A stretch of 63,985 bases of DNA, the filler included, from an uncultured archaeon (GTDB lineage: Archaea > Nanobdellota > Nanobdellia > Woesearchaeales > CAIVOO01), in the NCBI GenBank assembly GCA_903842985.1. It is 6 parts of 6 records of this genome, joined end to end, with 100 filler letters (N's around TTAATTAATTAA, not from the genome) between each part and the next. Parts side by side here need not be neighbours in the genome. Positions count along the whole stretch, not along the records: positions 32,158 to 55,422 come from CAIMOB010000027.1; 5 more parts are not named here. One strand, given 5' to 3'. Position numbers and translations under genes: made by a program. Positions 38,696 to 48,319 of the stretch are shown here, piece after piece. Below the pieces are notes generated by a model. The model worked only from the letters and a program-made list of their open reading frames with translations, did not search any database and had not been told where the DNA came from. Each line of letters starts with the position of its first letter. Within the stretch, counting starts at the first letter, position 1.

Positions 38696-39979
38696 ATGCT
38701 TGACATAAATTTTATCAGGGAAAATCCTGAATTGATTAAGGCGGACCTGAAGAAGAGGAAAGACGAAGAGAAGCTGAAATGGCTAAATGATGTTCTAAAA
38801 AAAGATGAGGAATGGAGAAAGCTAAAGACAGAATCTGACAAGCTAAGGCAGAAAAGAAACGATATTTCCCTTAAAATCAACCAGCTGAAAAAATTAGGAA
38901 AAGATGCTTCAAATGAAGTGAAGGAAGCGCAGGGAATTCCCGGAAAAATAGATGAAATTGAGAAGAATATCAAGCTTATTGAAGAAAAAATTCTTTATTA
39001 CAGGATGCGCCTGCCAAATGTTCTTCACAAGTCTGTTCCTTTTGGAAAAGATTCAGGGGATAATGTCGAAGTAAGGAAATCTGGGAAAATTCCAAAATTT
39101 AATTTTGAGCTGAAACCGCACGGCGAACTTGCAGAGGAGCTTGGCGTCGCTGATTTCAAAAGGGCGACAAAAACAGCAGGCGCTGGATTCGTTTACATAA
39201 AAGAGGGGCTGGCGATGCTTGACCTCGCGCTCCAGAGATTTGCAATCGATTTCCTAAGAAAAAAAGGATTTATCCTTGTAGAACCGCCGCTGATGCTTTC
39301 AAGAAAAGCTTACGAAGGCGTGACTTCTTTGGAGGATTTTGAAAATGTCATGTATAAAATAGATAAGGAGGACATGTACATGATTGCGACATCAGAGCAT
39401 CCGATAGGCGCGATGCACATGAATGAGATTTTTGAGGAAAAAGACCTTCCTTTGAAATACGTCGGTGTAAGCCCATGCTTTAGGAAGGAAATCGGAAGCC
39501 ACGGCGTTGACACAAGGGGATTTTTCAGGATGCACCAGTTCAATAAAGTGGAGCAGTTTGTTTTCTGCAAGCCAGAGGATTCATGGAAAATTCATGAGGA
39601 ACTGCAGAAAAATTCAGAGGAAATGTACAAGCTTCTTGGAATTCCGTACAGAGTTGTGAATATCTGCACAGGAGACATAGGTATTGTCGCTGCCAAAAAA
39701 TATGATATTGAAGCATGGTTTCCAAGGGAGAAGAAATACTGCGAAGTTGGCTCAAATTCAAACTGCACATCTTACCAGGCAGTAAGGCTTAATGTCCGCT
39801 ATCAAAAGAAGAATGGCGAGAGAGAGCATGTTCATACTTTAAACAATACGGGAATTGCAACATCAAGGGCCATGAGGGCGGTCCTGGAAAATTACCAGAA
39901 CAAGGACGGCACAGTAACTGTTCCAAAGGTTCTGCTGCCTTACATGGGCGGAATCAAGGTCATAGGAGGGAAAAAATGA
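38696..39979 (+). CDS. serS: Seryl-tRNA synthetase
   Basis: MLDINFIREN, IATSEHP, CFRKEIG, RMHQFNKVEQF, HTLNNT. Confidence 0.97.
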   Translation: MLDINFIRENPELIKADLKKRKDEEKLKWLNDVLKKDEEWRKLKTESDKLRQKRNDISLKINQLKKLGKDASNEVKEAQGIPGKIDEIEKNIKLIEEKILYYRMRLPNVLHKSVPFGKDSGDNVEVRKSGKIPKFNFELKPHGELAEELGVADFKRATKTAGAGFVYIKEGLAMLDLALQRFAIDFLRKKGFILVEPPLMLSRKAYEGVTSLEDFENVMYKIDKEDMYMIATSEHPIGAMHMNEIFEEKDLPLKYVGVSPCFRKEIGSHGVDTRGFFRMHQFNKVEQFVFCKPEDSWKIHEELQKNSEEMYKLLGIPYRVVNICTGDIGIVAAKKYDIEAWFPREKKYCEVGSNSNCTSYQAVRLNVRYQKKNGEREHVHTLNNTGIATSRAMRAVLENYQNKDGTVTVPKVLLPYMGGIKVIGGKK

Positions 39980-40311
39980 AAAGGGATGACGAAGAGGATG
40001 AGTCAAAGAAAGACAGCTTCGAGGATGAGCCAGAGGAGCACGAGGAAAGCTCTGATGAGCTTGAATTCGAGATGGAGACAGGCGAGAAAGAAGAGGATGT
40101 TTACACAGAAGAGGGAAGGGAAAAGCTTGTCGAAGGTGACGAAATAGACTCCTGGGAAGCAGGATTTTCAGAGGGGGAAACAGGAGAGGAAGCTGTTTGC
40201 GACAACTGCAAGAAGACACCAGGGAAGAATCCAATTGAGAAAATTATAAAGGGAAAGATGCGTAGGTTCTGCTCTGACAAATGCGTTGCAGAATTCGAGG
40301 CAAGGCACTAA
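39976..40311 (+). CDS. Highly acidic protein with C-terminal TRASH-like CxxC...FCSxxC metal finger
   Basis: E/D-rich N-terminus; CDNC...RFCSDKC; ATGA overlap with serS. Confidence 0.65.
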   Translation: MKRDDEEDESKKDSFEDEPEEHEESSDELEFEMETGEKEEDVYTEEGREKLVEGDEIDSWEAGFSEGETGEEAVCDNCKKTPGKNPIEKIIKGKMRRFCSDKCVAEFEARH

Positions 40312-42236
40312 ACGCCAAGCTTTCCAATATAGATTTTCTTTATATCCTTTAATTTTTTTATTCTTTCTATAAGATTTCTTATGTGATCCAAATCCTCAAC
40401 TTTTATCTTGAATGTGCACTCTGACATGTCCTTGCCAAGCATTTTCGCGTTTGCAGTATCAAGATTTGTTCCTGTCGCAGCAATTGTGTTGAGGATGTCA
40501 GCGAGCAGGCCAACCCTGTCAAGCGCCTCCACTTTCAGCTCGATAAATGCGCTGAAGTCGCTTTTCCAGTGCACCTTTACCTTTCTCTTCTGCGTGTCTT
40601 TTAATTTGGAATTACTACAGTCTGCCTTATGTATCACAACTCCTCTTATTTTATCAGCATAGCCGATAATTTCCTGTCCAGGGAGAGGGTTGCAGCATTT
40701 TGCAAGCTTTATTTTTGGATTCTTGACACCCTCAATAAGCAGTATGCCCTGCCCTCCTGAAACAGGCAGATCCTGTCTTTCTATCTTTTTTGCTCCTCTT
40801 GTGGGCAGTTTTTCCTCCTCATAAAGATACTTCTTGATTTTGCTCAGCGCTTTTGCTGTTTTCACGATTTTCATCCAGCCTACGCTCGGCTTCTGCGTCT
40901 TTGAAGTCATTATCTCAACAACATCGCCTGTCCTTAATTCATGCCTCAGGCTCACAAAAGTGCCGTTTACCTTTGCGCCGATGGAGTGGTCGCCTATGCC
41001 TGAATGTATTGAATATGCAAAATCAATCGGCGTGGAGCCCTTTGGCAGCTCTATCACGTCGCCTTTTGGCGTGAAAACATAAATCTCATCCTTGAAAAAA
41101 TCTATTTCTAGTGATTCAACAAATTCTTTTGCAGAGGCGTCCTGCTGCCAGTCCATTATCTCCTTCAGCCAGCTCAGCTTTTTGTCAAATTTCTTGTCTG
41201 TTTCAAGCCCCTTGTATTTCCAGTGGGCAGCAATCCCTTCCTCTGCCAGCTTGTCCATCTCCTCTGTCCTTACCTGTATCTCAATTATTGTTCCGCCTTC
41301 GCCTATGACAACATCGTGCAATGACTGGTACATGTTGACTTTCGGCATTGCAATGAAGTCCTTGAACCTTCTTGGAATCGGCTTCCACATGCCGTGGATG
41401 ATTCCAATTACCTTGTAGCAGTTGTCTGGCGTGTCAGTCACAACCCTTAATGCAACAACATCAAATATCTCCTCAAATGTTCTTTCCTTCCTCACCATCT
41501 TTTTGTAGATTGAGTAAATATTTTTCAGCCTTCCGACAACCTTGCAGGGTATTTTATGCTCCTTTAATGTGTCTTCAAGAAACTCCCTCAGCTTTTCTAT
41601 CTGCTCTTCCCTTGCTCTCTTGTTTTTCTTTATCTTTTCCTCAATTTCATTAAATTTTTCAGGCTCGAGATACTTGAATGCCAGGTCTTCCAGCTGGTTT
41701 TTTATCTTTTCAATTCCAAGTCTGTAGGCAATCGGTGCGTAAACATCCATGACTTCCTTTGAAATCCTCAGCTGCTTTTCCTTCGGCAGGAATTCAAGGG
41801 TTTTCATGTTGTGAAGCTTGTCCAGAAGTTTTATTATTATGACCCTGATGTCCTTTGCAGTCGCAAAAAGCATCTTCCTCAGTGATTCTGTCTGGTACTC
41901 CTCCCTGCTCTTTGACTTCAATGTTGTTATTTTTGTGACGCCGTCAACAAGCATCGCAATCTCATCGCCAAACTCGCTTTTAATCCTGTCAATTGATTCG
42001 GGCGTGTCCTCAACAACATCGTGAAGAAGCGCTGCGCAGATGGAGGCTTCGTCCATCTTGAACTCAGCAAGCGATTCTGCAACAGAGAGCGGGTGGATTA
42101 TGAATGGCTCGCCAGATGCCCTTCTTTCATTTCTGTGGGCCTTTTCAGCAACCTCATAAGCCTTCCTTATCAGCGCTTCATTTACAGAAGGGCTATACTC
42201 CTTTACTTTCTTAATCAGGTTTTCTATGGTCGGCAT
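40308..42236 (-). CDS. rel: Long bifunctional RelA/SpoT homologue (HD-SYNTH-TGS-ZFD-ACT)
   Basis: RASGEPFIIHP, LLHDVVED, DKLHNMKTL, GRLKNIYSIYKKM, RFKD, YQSLH, EIQVRT, FTPKG, AKCCNPLPG, DRVGLL. Confidence 0.96.
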   Translation of the reverse strand: MPTIENLIKKVKEYSPSVNEALIRKAYEVAEKAHRNERRASGEPFIIHPLSVAESLAEFKMDEASICAALLHDVVEDTPESIDRIKSEFGDEIAMLVDGVTKITTLKSKSREEYQTESLRKMLFATAKDIRVIIIKLLDKLHNMKTLEFLPKEKQLRISKEVMDVYAPIAYRLGIEKIKNQLEDLAFKYLEPEKFNEIEEKIKKNKRAREEQIEKLREFLEDTLKEHKIPCKVVGRLKNIYSIYKKMVRKERTFEEIFDVVALRVVTDTPDNCYKVIGIIHGMWKPIPRRFKDFIAMPKVNMYQSLHDVVIGEGGTIIEIQVRTEEMDKLAEEGIAAHWKYKGLETDKKFDKKLSWLKEIMDWQQDASAKEFVESLEIDFFKDEIYVFTPKGDVIELPKGSTPIDFAYSIHSGIGDHSIGAKVNGTFVSLRHELRTGDVVEIMTSKTQKPSVGWMKIVKTAKALSKIKKYLYEEEKLPTRGAKKIERQDLPVSGGQGILLIEGVKNPKIKLAKCCNPLPGQEIIGYADKIRGVVIHKADCSNSKLKDTQKRKVKVHWKSDFSAFIELKVEALDRVGLLADILNTIAATGTNLDTANAKMLGKDMSECTFKIKVEDLDHIRNLIERIKKLKDIKKIYIGKLGV

Positions 42237-42279
42237 GGCATTTAGTATAGGATATAAATATATAAATATTTGCTAGTTA

Positions 42280-43077
42280 GTGTCAACATTCTTCAACGAA
42301 AGGTTATTAAATTTTTCTGCCCATTATTCATGCATGGGAAACCCGCATTGGAAGATAACAAAGATTCCAGATAAATTAGTGAATCTGGCAAACATGTGCG
42401 AGCATAATCAAAGGCTGGATACATTGATGGCAGCAGCATTGACAACCAAGCAACTAAACAAAGACATTGATTCAGACCCTATTACTGAGGAATTGGGTAA
42501 AGAAGCAGATAAGGTGGAGGAGCAGTTCAATTGTGTCAAGAGCAACCCATTGAAATACGCAACAATTATAACACGGCCAGACGGGGAATACCTATATTTT
42601 GACGAAAAGGCATTCATGAATGTGATGAGGAGTCTGCCAGTTGACCTGTGGATTAATGGAAAGCCGCCATTTGAGTCGCCAATTGCAGCAAGATCTTTTG
42701 GCCAGGGAATTTATATTTGCCCATTTAAAAAAAATGCAATAGTGTCCAGTGTCAGATGCAGGTGGGACCTAGAATTTAACAAGATTGATACATTTAATGT
42801 AGAAAAGGGATGGATGCATCCGACATATGTTGGAGGCATATATTCGCTGTCGCTGGGGTATCATCCAACAAGATGTGGCACAAAAGATTACAAATTCTGG
42901 ACAACTTTCGGCGGAAATCCCCGATGGGAGAAAGAAGATAACGGCGTTAACCTTGAGATTTTGTTGGGGTATTTTGAACCTCTGGTGTCTGAGGCGTATT
43001 TTCCTGAAGATACTACACCCTCTCCAATTAATTCAGCTTCTTTATATAGGAAGAAAAACATACCCATTCTGCAATAA
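42280..43077 (+). CDS. Hypothetical protein
   Basis: Long ORF filling the rel-cdc6 gap; no recognised motif; start uncertain. Confidence 0.55.
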   Translation: MSTFFNERLLNFSAHYSCMGNPHWKITKIPDKLVNLANMCEHNQRLDTLMAAALTTKQLNKDIDSDPITEELGKEADKVEEQFNCVKSNPLKYATIITRPDGEYLYFDEKAFMNVMRSLPVDLWINGKPPFESPIAARSFGQGIYICPFKKNAIVSSVRCRWDLEFNKIDTFNVEKGWMHPTYVGGIYSLSLGYHPTRCGTKDYKFWTTFGGNPRWEKEDNGVNLEILLGYFEPLVSEAYFPEDTTPSPINSASLYRKKNIPILQ

Positions 43078-43112
43078 AAACATTTAAAAAATAGCGTTCT
43101 TTATTGTTTTCT

Positions 43113-44183
43113 ATGGGTATTTTCAGGAATATGCTTGGGGGGTCTGAATCGCTGTTTTTGAATGAATTGGCGCTGGACTACACATTTGTGCCAAAACTCA
43201 TCCCATACAGGGAGAGTCAGCAGCATTACATTGCAAGCAGGATAAAGCCTCTGCTTGAAAACAGGAACGGAAGAAATACCATAATTCATGGTCCTCCAGG
43301 TGTTGGAAAGACAGTTGCCTGCATGCACGTTCTTAAGGAGCTTGAGGAAGAGACAGATGAGGTCATACCTATTTACATAAATTGCTGGCAAAAGAACACA
43401 ACTTACAAGGTTGTGCTTGAAATCTGCAGCATTCTTGGATACAAGTTCACGCAGAACAAGAGGACAGAGGAGCTTTTTGAAGTCATCAAGAATATTCTTA
43501 ACAAGAAATCGGCTGTTTTTGTCTTTGACGAGATAGACAAGGCAGAGGAGTTTGACTTCATTTACACAATTCTTGAGGAGATTTTCAGGAAAAGCATTTT
43601 CCTGATAACAAATTACAAGACATTCATTGATGAAATTGACAACCGGATAAAATCAAGGCTTGTGCCTGAGACTCTTGAGTTCAAGCCTTACAATGAGACA
43701 GAGACAAATGGGATTCTGAAAGAGCGTGCAGGCTACGCATTTGCGCCGAATGTTCTTGAGCAGAAGGCGCTTGACATGATTTCAAAAAAGACATTTGAGA
43801 TTGGCGACATAAGAATCGGGCTTTACCTTCTGAGGGAGGCAGGGCTTTCTGCAGAGGACTCTGCATCAAAGACAATAGAGGAAAAGCACGCGAAAAAGGC
43901 AATAAACAAGCTGAGCGATTTTTCAATAAAGAAAAAGGACGAGCTTGATGAGGAGTCAAATGACATTCTTAAGATTGTGAAGGACAATTCAGGCAGAAAA
44001 ATAGGCGAGCTTTACAAGATTTACCAGGAAAAAGGCGGAAAAATGGCTTACAAATCATTTCAGCGGAAGATAGCGAAGCTCGCAGAGAACAAGTTCATAG
44101 CGTCGGAAAGAGTGACAGGCGGTTCAGAGGGAAACACAACAATAATAAAATACGGCGCTGACAAGAGATTGACTGAGTTTTAA
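43113..44183 (+). CDS. cdc6: Cdc6/Orc1 replication initiator family
   Basis: GPPGVGKT, YINC, VFDEID, FKPY, GDIR, C-terminal winged helix. Confidence 0.92.
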   Translation: MGIFRNMLGGSESLFLNELALDYTFVPKLIPYRESQQHYIASRIKPLLENRNGRNTIIHGPPGVGKTVACMHVLKELEEETDEVIPIYINCWQKNTTYKVVLEICSILGYKFTQNKRTEELFEVIKNILNKKSAVFVFDEIDKAEEFDFIYTILEEIFRKSIFLITNYKTFIDEIDNRIKSRLVPETLEFKPYNETETNGILKERAGYAFAPNVLEQKALDMISKKTFEIGDIRIGLYLLREAGLSAEDSASKTIEEKHAKKAINKLSDFSIKKKDELDEESNDILKIVKDNSGRKIGELYKIYQEKGGKMAYKSFQRKIAKLAENKFIASERVTGGSEGNTTIIKYGADKRLTEF

Positions 44184-44204
44184 ACACAATAATAGGAGTT
44201 ATAC

Positions 44205-44708
44205 TTAATTTTTCTTTGAGCCCAGATACTTTTTCCTTAAGTATGGACTAAGAAAGCGCTTTAATCTTTCCTGGTCTTTTTTATTTAATTTATCAAATGT
44301 TGTAATAACTTTTCGGCAATTTTTGCTTCCACATTTGCATTCCATCATTAATTGCTTCTTCCCTTGAGTGAGAGATTCAATATCTAAAGCAGAGTAATCT
44401 GTTGTTATTTCTTCTCCTTTTTTGATACCTTTGGAAGCAATTAATTCTCTGTCATTGATTATCCCTGCGTTTGCATCACAGGAATGATTCATATACATCC
44501 AAGGGGACTCAGGTTTAATAAATCTATATTTTTTGCCTTTTTTGCCTAGAGGTCCCCAATGTTCTGTAATCTCTTCAGGATAATCTGAAGGATTTTCTGT
44601 TTCAATAATCTCTCCTGTAATATTGAGAATATGTTCTCCTTTCTTAAAATCTTTCAAAGCAAAAATTCCCTTTCCTTTATTCTTTACTTCTTTAACTTCT
44701 ACATTCAT
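44205..44708 (-). CDS. SET-domain lysine methyltransferase with post-SET Zn site
   Basis: GKGIFA, MNHSCDAN, EEITTDY, CKCGSKNCR. Confidence 0.92.
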   Translation of the reverse strand: MNVEVKEVKNKGKGIFALKDFKKGEHILNITGEIIETENPSDYPEEITEHWGPLGKKGKKYRFIKPESPWMYMNHSCDANAGIINDRELIASKGIKKGEEITTDYSALDIESLTQGKKQLMMECKCGSKNCRKVITTFDKLNKKDQERLKRFLSPYLRKKYLGSKKN

Positions 44709-44919
44709 AAAAAAGATACATTATTTTATCTATATAATGTTTTCGGCTCGAGCTTGAAGAAATGTCAAAAATTAAGATTTATGAACCACAATTAAAATAA
44801 GGAAAATTTTCAAATTTAAAATACTTAAAAGTTCTCGCAGAATAGTTAAGAGAGACTAAAAAATACGAAATCATCATTTGGCACAGCCACGAGCCATTAT
44901 TATTGATTTTGTTACAGAT

Positions 44920-45471
44920 TTATCTTATTATTCTCGGCTTTTTCTGTGTCAAATCAATTATTGTGGACGGCTTTCCCTTGATTGCGCCGGCATCAACTGC
45001 AAAATCAACCTGCCTTTCGATTTTTTTATCCAGATTTTTTAGGTTTGTCAGGAATTTCTTGCCTGTTTCATTAACGCTTGTTGTGACAACAGGGAATCCA
45101 AGCTCTTCAACAAGCTTTGAGAATTCGTTTTTTGGGATTCTCACGCCAACTGTCTTTGTTGAAACCTCTCTTGCAATTGCGTCCTTGTTTTTTAATTTTA
45201 AAATCAGAGTGTATTTTCCAGGCAGTTTTTTCAGGTATTTCAGATGCTGCTTTTCAATAACGCAGTTGTTCTCAATCCATTTCTTTCCCGGAGCAATGAC
45301 TGAAAACGGCTTTTTGCTTTTCTTTATTCTTCTTATTCTTTTGACTGCCTTGGAGTCCATTGCATTGCATCCGATGCCGTAGATTGTGTCTGTTGGGTAG
45401 ATGAAGACAGCGCCGCATTCAATCTCAAACATTATCTCTCCTTTTTCCTCAAGTCCATTGTAAATCTTCAT
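44920..45471 (-). CDS. tsaC: Threonylcarbamoyl-AMP synthase (TsaC/YrdC type)
   Basis: YPTDTIYGIGC, LPGKYT, GVRIP, TTSVN, PSTIID. Confidence 0.9.
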   Translation of the reverse strand: MKIYNGLEEKGEIMFEIECGAVFIYPTDTIYGIGCNAMDSKAVKRIRRIKKSKKPFSVIAPGKKWIENNCVIEKQHLKYLKKLPGKYTLILKLKNKDAIAREVSTKTVGVRIPKNEFSKLVEELGFPVVTTSVNETGKKFLTNLKNLDKKIERQVDFAVDAGAIKGKPSTIIDLTQKKPRIIR

Positions 45472-45486
45472 AAAATAGAAAGAGAA

Positions 45487-45509
45487 CGGTAGCTTTTTTA
45501 AAGCTACCG
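45487..45509. terminator. Perfect 10-bp inverted repeat (terminator- or operator-like)
   Basis: CGGTAGCTTT-TTT-AAAGCTACCG. Confidence 0.45.
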
Positions 45510-45564
45510 CTGGCTTTGGGAGGCGTTTGTGCTAGCGCTTTTTGAAACACCTTAGCTTGATTCT

Positions 45565-45620
45565 CATTTTAACGAACCTCGTGAGTTAAAATGTCCGCAA
45601 ATCGTGATTTGCGTCATTTT
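45565..45620. repeat. Dispersed ~55-bp double-hairpin element, copy 2
   Basis: CATTTTAACGAACCTCGTGAGTTAAAATGTCCGCAAATCGTGATTTGCGTCATTTT; matches 2517-2573. Confidence 0.8.
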
Positions 45621-45754
45621 GCACCTGCTGTTTTCAGAGTAAGTGCTCTTGTCTGAGTGTAAAAAAGCTCGTGTATCTTGCATTGAAAACTGCCTGTGAT
45701 TTCAGGCACGCCGTACACTTCCTTTGTGATGAACCTTCTTGTTTCTGCATTCAT
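45614..45754 (-). CDS. Putative 46-aa small protein
   Basis: MNAETRRFITKEVYGVPEITGSFQCKIHELFYTQTRALTLKTAGAK; GAGGTGA Shine-Dalgarno and upstream TATTTAAA. Confidence 0.45.
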   Translation of the reverse strand: MNAETRRFITKEVYGVPEITGSFQCKIHELFYTQTRALTLKTAGAK

Positions 45755-45914
45755 TTTAATCACCTCTTTCAGAATAAACTAGGTCTGTTTGGTTTAAATA
45801 CGCCACGACAAGGGATGTCCAGTGGGAGTGTATGGATTGAGGTTAAATGGCGTTGAATTAATTATAATATGGAAAATAATCATATTTTTAAACTATATCA
45901 TCTACAGTTAACCT

Positions 45915-46517
45915 ATGAAAATCCTAGCAGCAGGAGACATACACGGGGACACAGGTCAGGCAAATAAGCTGGCTGACAGGGCAGAGAAGGAAAATGTAGA
46001 CCTAGTCATACTCTGCGGTGATTTGACATTTGCAGAGCAGAGCACAGAAGGCATTGTTGGCCCGTTTGTCAAGAAAGGCAAGAAAGTCATCCTCATACCA
46101 GGCAATCACGAGACAATTGCAACAGCTGATTTCCTTGCAGAGCTTTACGACGTCACAAACCTTCACGGCTACTCAATCAAATGCGGGGACATTGGATTGT
46201 TCGGCTGCGGAGGCGCGAATATAGGTTTGTTCCAATTGTCTGAAAGCGAAATCTTTAACGCATTGAAAAAAGGATTTGAAAACATAAAGAATTACAAAAA
46301 GAAGATAATGGTAACTCATGTTCATCCGTCAGAAACAGTCATGGAGAAATTCACGCAGTTCTTCCCAGGAAGCAAAGGAGTGAAAAAGGCAATAGACGAG
46401 TTCCAGCCAGACATCCTGCTGTGCTCGCATGTCCACGAGGCAGCTGGCATAGAGGAAAAAGTGGGCAAGACAAAAGTGATAAATGTTGGCAAGGCAGGGA
46501 AGATAATAGAAATATGA
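45915..46517 (+). CDS. Calcineurin-like metallophosphoesterase
   Basis: GDIHG, CGDL, PGNHE, THVHP, HVHE. Confidence 0.92.
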   Translation: MKILAAGDIHGDTGQANKLADRAEKENVDLVILCGDLTFAEQSTEGIVGPFVKKGKKVILIPGNHETIATADFLAELYDVTNLHGYSIKCGDIGLFGCGGANIGLFQLSESEIFNALKKGFENIKNYKKKIMVTHVHPSETVMEKFTQFFPGSKGVKKAIDEFQPDILLCSHVHEAAGIEEKVGKTKVINVGKAGKIIEI

Positions 46518-46535
46518 CCAGCCCCGGAGGGCTGG
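46518..46535 (+). terminator. GC-rich hairpin directly after the stop codon
   Basis: CCAGCCC-CGGA-GGGCTGG. Confidence 0.35.
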
Positions 46536-46745
46536 CCTTGGGCAGACATTCTAGGTGTTATTTGCGTATCACCACCTCCTTGTTTTTTTTGCTTTGGTCA
46601 ATTTCTGACAATGGCGTTTTTTTGGCGAATAATCGGACGATTCTCATACAACCTATTATGACCGCCACCAATAAATACATTATGAAAGGGAAATACCTAT
46701 CAATAGTCCATAAGATTTAAAAACTAAAAACAAGAACTAACACAT

Positions 46746-47420
46746 ATGCAAGTCAGTTTATCCATATTCGACTTTGTTACAGAGACAGTTTCAATGCTTG
46801 CCTCTTTCCTAGTTGCATTTATGGGCTACAAGGCATACAAGCTGACATCTGAAAAAAGGCACAAGTATTTTGCAATATCATTCAGTGTCATCGGCGCAAG
46901 CTTCCTCGTTCTTTTGGCTACAAACCTGGTGTTGCTTTTCCAGACAAACCTTACAAACCTGTTCAACGCCTTCAACAGGGGCTATTTTGTCTATTCACTG
47001 TTAATCACAATCGGCTACATTGTCCTGGCGATTCTTTCGCTTAACATAAACAACAAGGCAGCGCTTTTCGTTTTCCTGACAGTCATAATATCTTTCATCC
47101 TGTCCTATGATAATGCGCTTCTTTTCCACCTTATTACAACGCTTGCACTTCTTTTTGTGGTGCCAAGCTTCTTTTCAAATTACTGCAGCAAAAAAACAAC
47201 ATTGAGCTTTTTGGTCTTCATTTCATTTGTTTTCATGCTGATTGCACACGCGCTTCTCCTCTTTATCAACTACAGCAACATAATGTATAACATAAGCAAC
47301 ATAATCCAGCTGGTTGGATTTGCGATTTTATTTTATGTCATAATCAGGTGCCTACTAAATGCAAGAAAGAAGAACAAAACTGGAAATCGTAAACGATATG
47401 CTAAGGGCAATTCAGGATAA
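46746..47420 (+). CDS. ~7-TM membrane protein
   Basis: Seven hydrophobic segments. Confidence 0.7.
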   Translation: MQVSLSIFDFVTETVSMLASFLVAFMGYKAYKLTSEKRHKYFAISFSVIGASFLVLLATNLVLLFQTNLTNLFNAFNRGYFVYSLLITIGYIVLAILSLNINNKAALFVFLTVIISFILSYDNALLFHLITTLALLFVVPSFFSNYCSKKTTLSFLVFISFVFMLIAHALLLFINYSNIMYNISNIIQLVGFAILFYVIIRCLLNARKKNKTGNRKRYAKGNSG

Positions 47421-47631
47421 AGGCGGCAGAATCAAGCCGACTCACCTGCTTTACAAGTCAAATCTCTCGCATAATCGGATGAATTCCTATCTCGATTACC
47501 TAAAAAACAAGGAATTGATTGTGGAGAATACATTAAAAAACAAAAAAGTCTTCCAGCTGACTGACAAGGGCTTCTCTTTCATTGAGAACTACAAGAAAGT
47601 CAGGGAGTTCTCTGACGCATTTGGGATATAG
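47359..47631 (+). CDS. Winged helix-turn-helix transcriptional regulator
   Basis: RRTKLEIVNDML, THLLYKSNLS, YLDYL, FQLTDKG. Confidence 0.85.
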   Translation: MQERRTKLEIVNDMLRAIQDKGGRIKPTHLLYKSNLSHNRMNSYLDYLKNKELIVENTLKNKKVFQLTDKGFSFIENYKKVREFSDAFGI

Positions 47632-47666
47632 AAAAGTTAATAAATACTTATTATCTCCCAAAGCCT

Positions 47667-48014
47667 ATGGGGGACTTAAAGGAATATCAGGAGCTGTGCA
47701 GTGCAACTGCAAAGAAATTTGAAACGCCTGAAAAGGAGATTCTTACCTGGGGCCTGGGAATTGCAGGCGAAGCAGGCGATGTCGCATCATGCATAAAGAA
47801 GACATTTGCGCACGACAACGACCAGAAATCAGGTATAAGGGAGAACATTGGCGATGCATTGTGGTATGCTGCGATGATCTGCAATTTCTTCGGCTGGAAC
47901 ATGCAGGAAGTTTTGAACGAGAACATTGAGAAACTGAAAAAAAGATACCCTTCCGGCTTCACAATAGATGATGCAAAAAGAAACGGGACAATGATTGATT
48001 GGGGGAAGAAATGA
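47667..48014 (+). CDS. MazG-like nucleotide pyrophosphohydrolase
   Basis: LGIAGEAGDV, IGDALWY, NIEKLKKRYP. Confidence 0.88.
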   Translation: MGDLKEYQELCSATAKKFETPEKEILTWGLGIAGEAGDVASCIKKTFAHDNDQKSGIRENIGDALWYAAMICNFFGWNMQEVLNENIEKLKKRYPSGFTIDDAKRNGTMIDWGKK

Positions 48015-48319
48015 AAAAGCTCATGAGGGAATTTTTCGAGTTCCTGCAGGAATACAAGGTGGTTGCGCTTGCAATTGGCTTTGTGATAGGCCTTGCTTCC
48101 ACTGCCATGATAAAATCACTTGTTGACAACATAATAATGCCGCTCATAACTCCATTCATGCCCGGCGGAGCATGGAAGACAGCTGTTCTGGTGCTTGGGC
48201 CGTTCAAAATTAGCTGGGGCCCATTTCTTGGCGATCTGATAAACTTCATAATAATCGCATTCGTCGTTTTCATGATTGCGAAATTTATTCTAAGAGAAGA
48301 AAAAGTAAGCAAGAAATAA
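48011..48319 (+). CDS. mscL: Large-conductance mechanosensitive channel
   Basis: EFFEFL, VVALAIGFVIG, SLVDNIIMP, GPFL--LINFIIIAFVVF. Confidence 0.9.
   Translation: MKKLMREFFEFLQEYKVVALAIGFVIGLASTAMIKSLVDNIIMPLITPFMPGGAWKTAVLVLGPFKISWGPFLGDLINFIIIAFVVFMIAKFILREEKVSKK

Noticed and set aside
43078..44919. Replication origin next to cdc6
   Set aside because: The upstream gap is ~35 bp, and the AT-rich 44709-44919 stretch shows no repeated ORB-like boxes that I can see
46558..46680. 40-codon minus-strand ORF MYLLVAVIIGC...
   Set aside because: No clear SD or recognisable motif; cannot be supported from sequence alone
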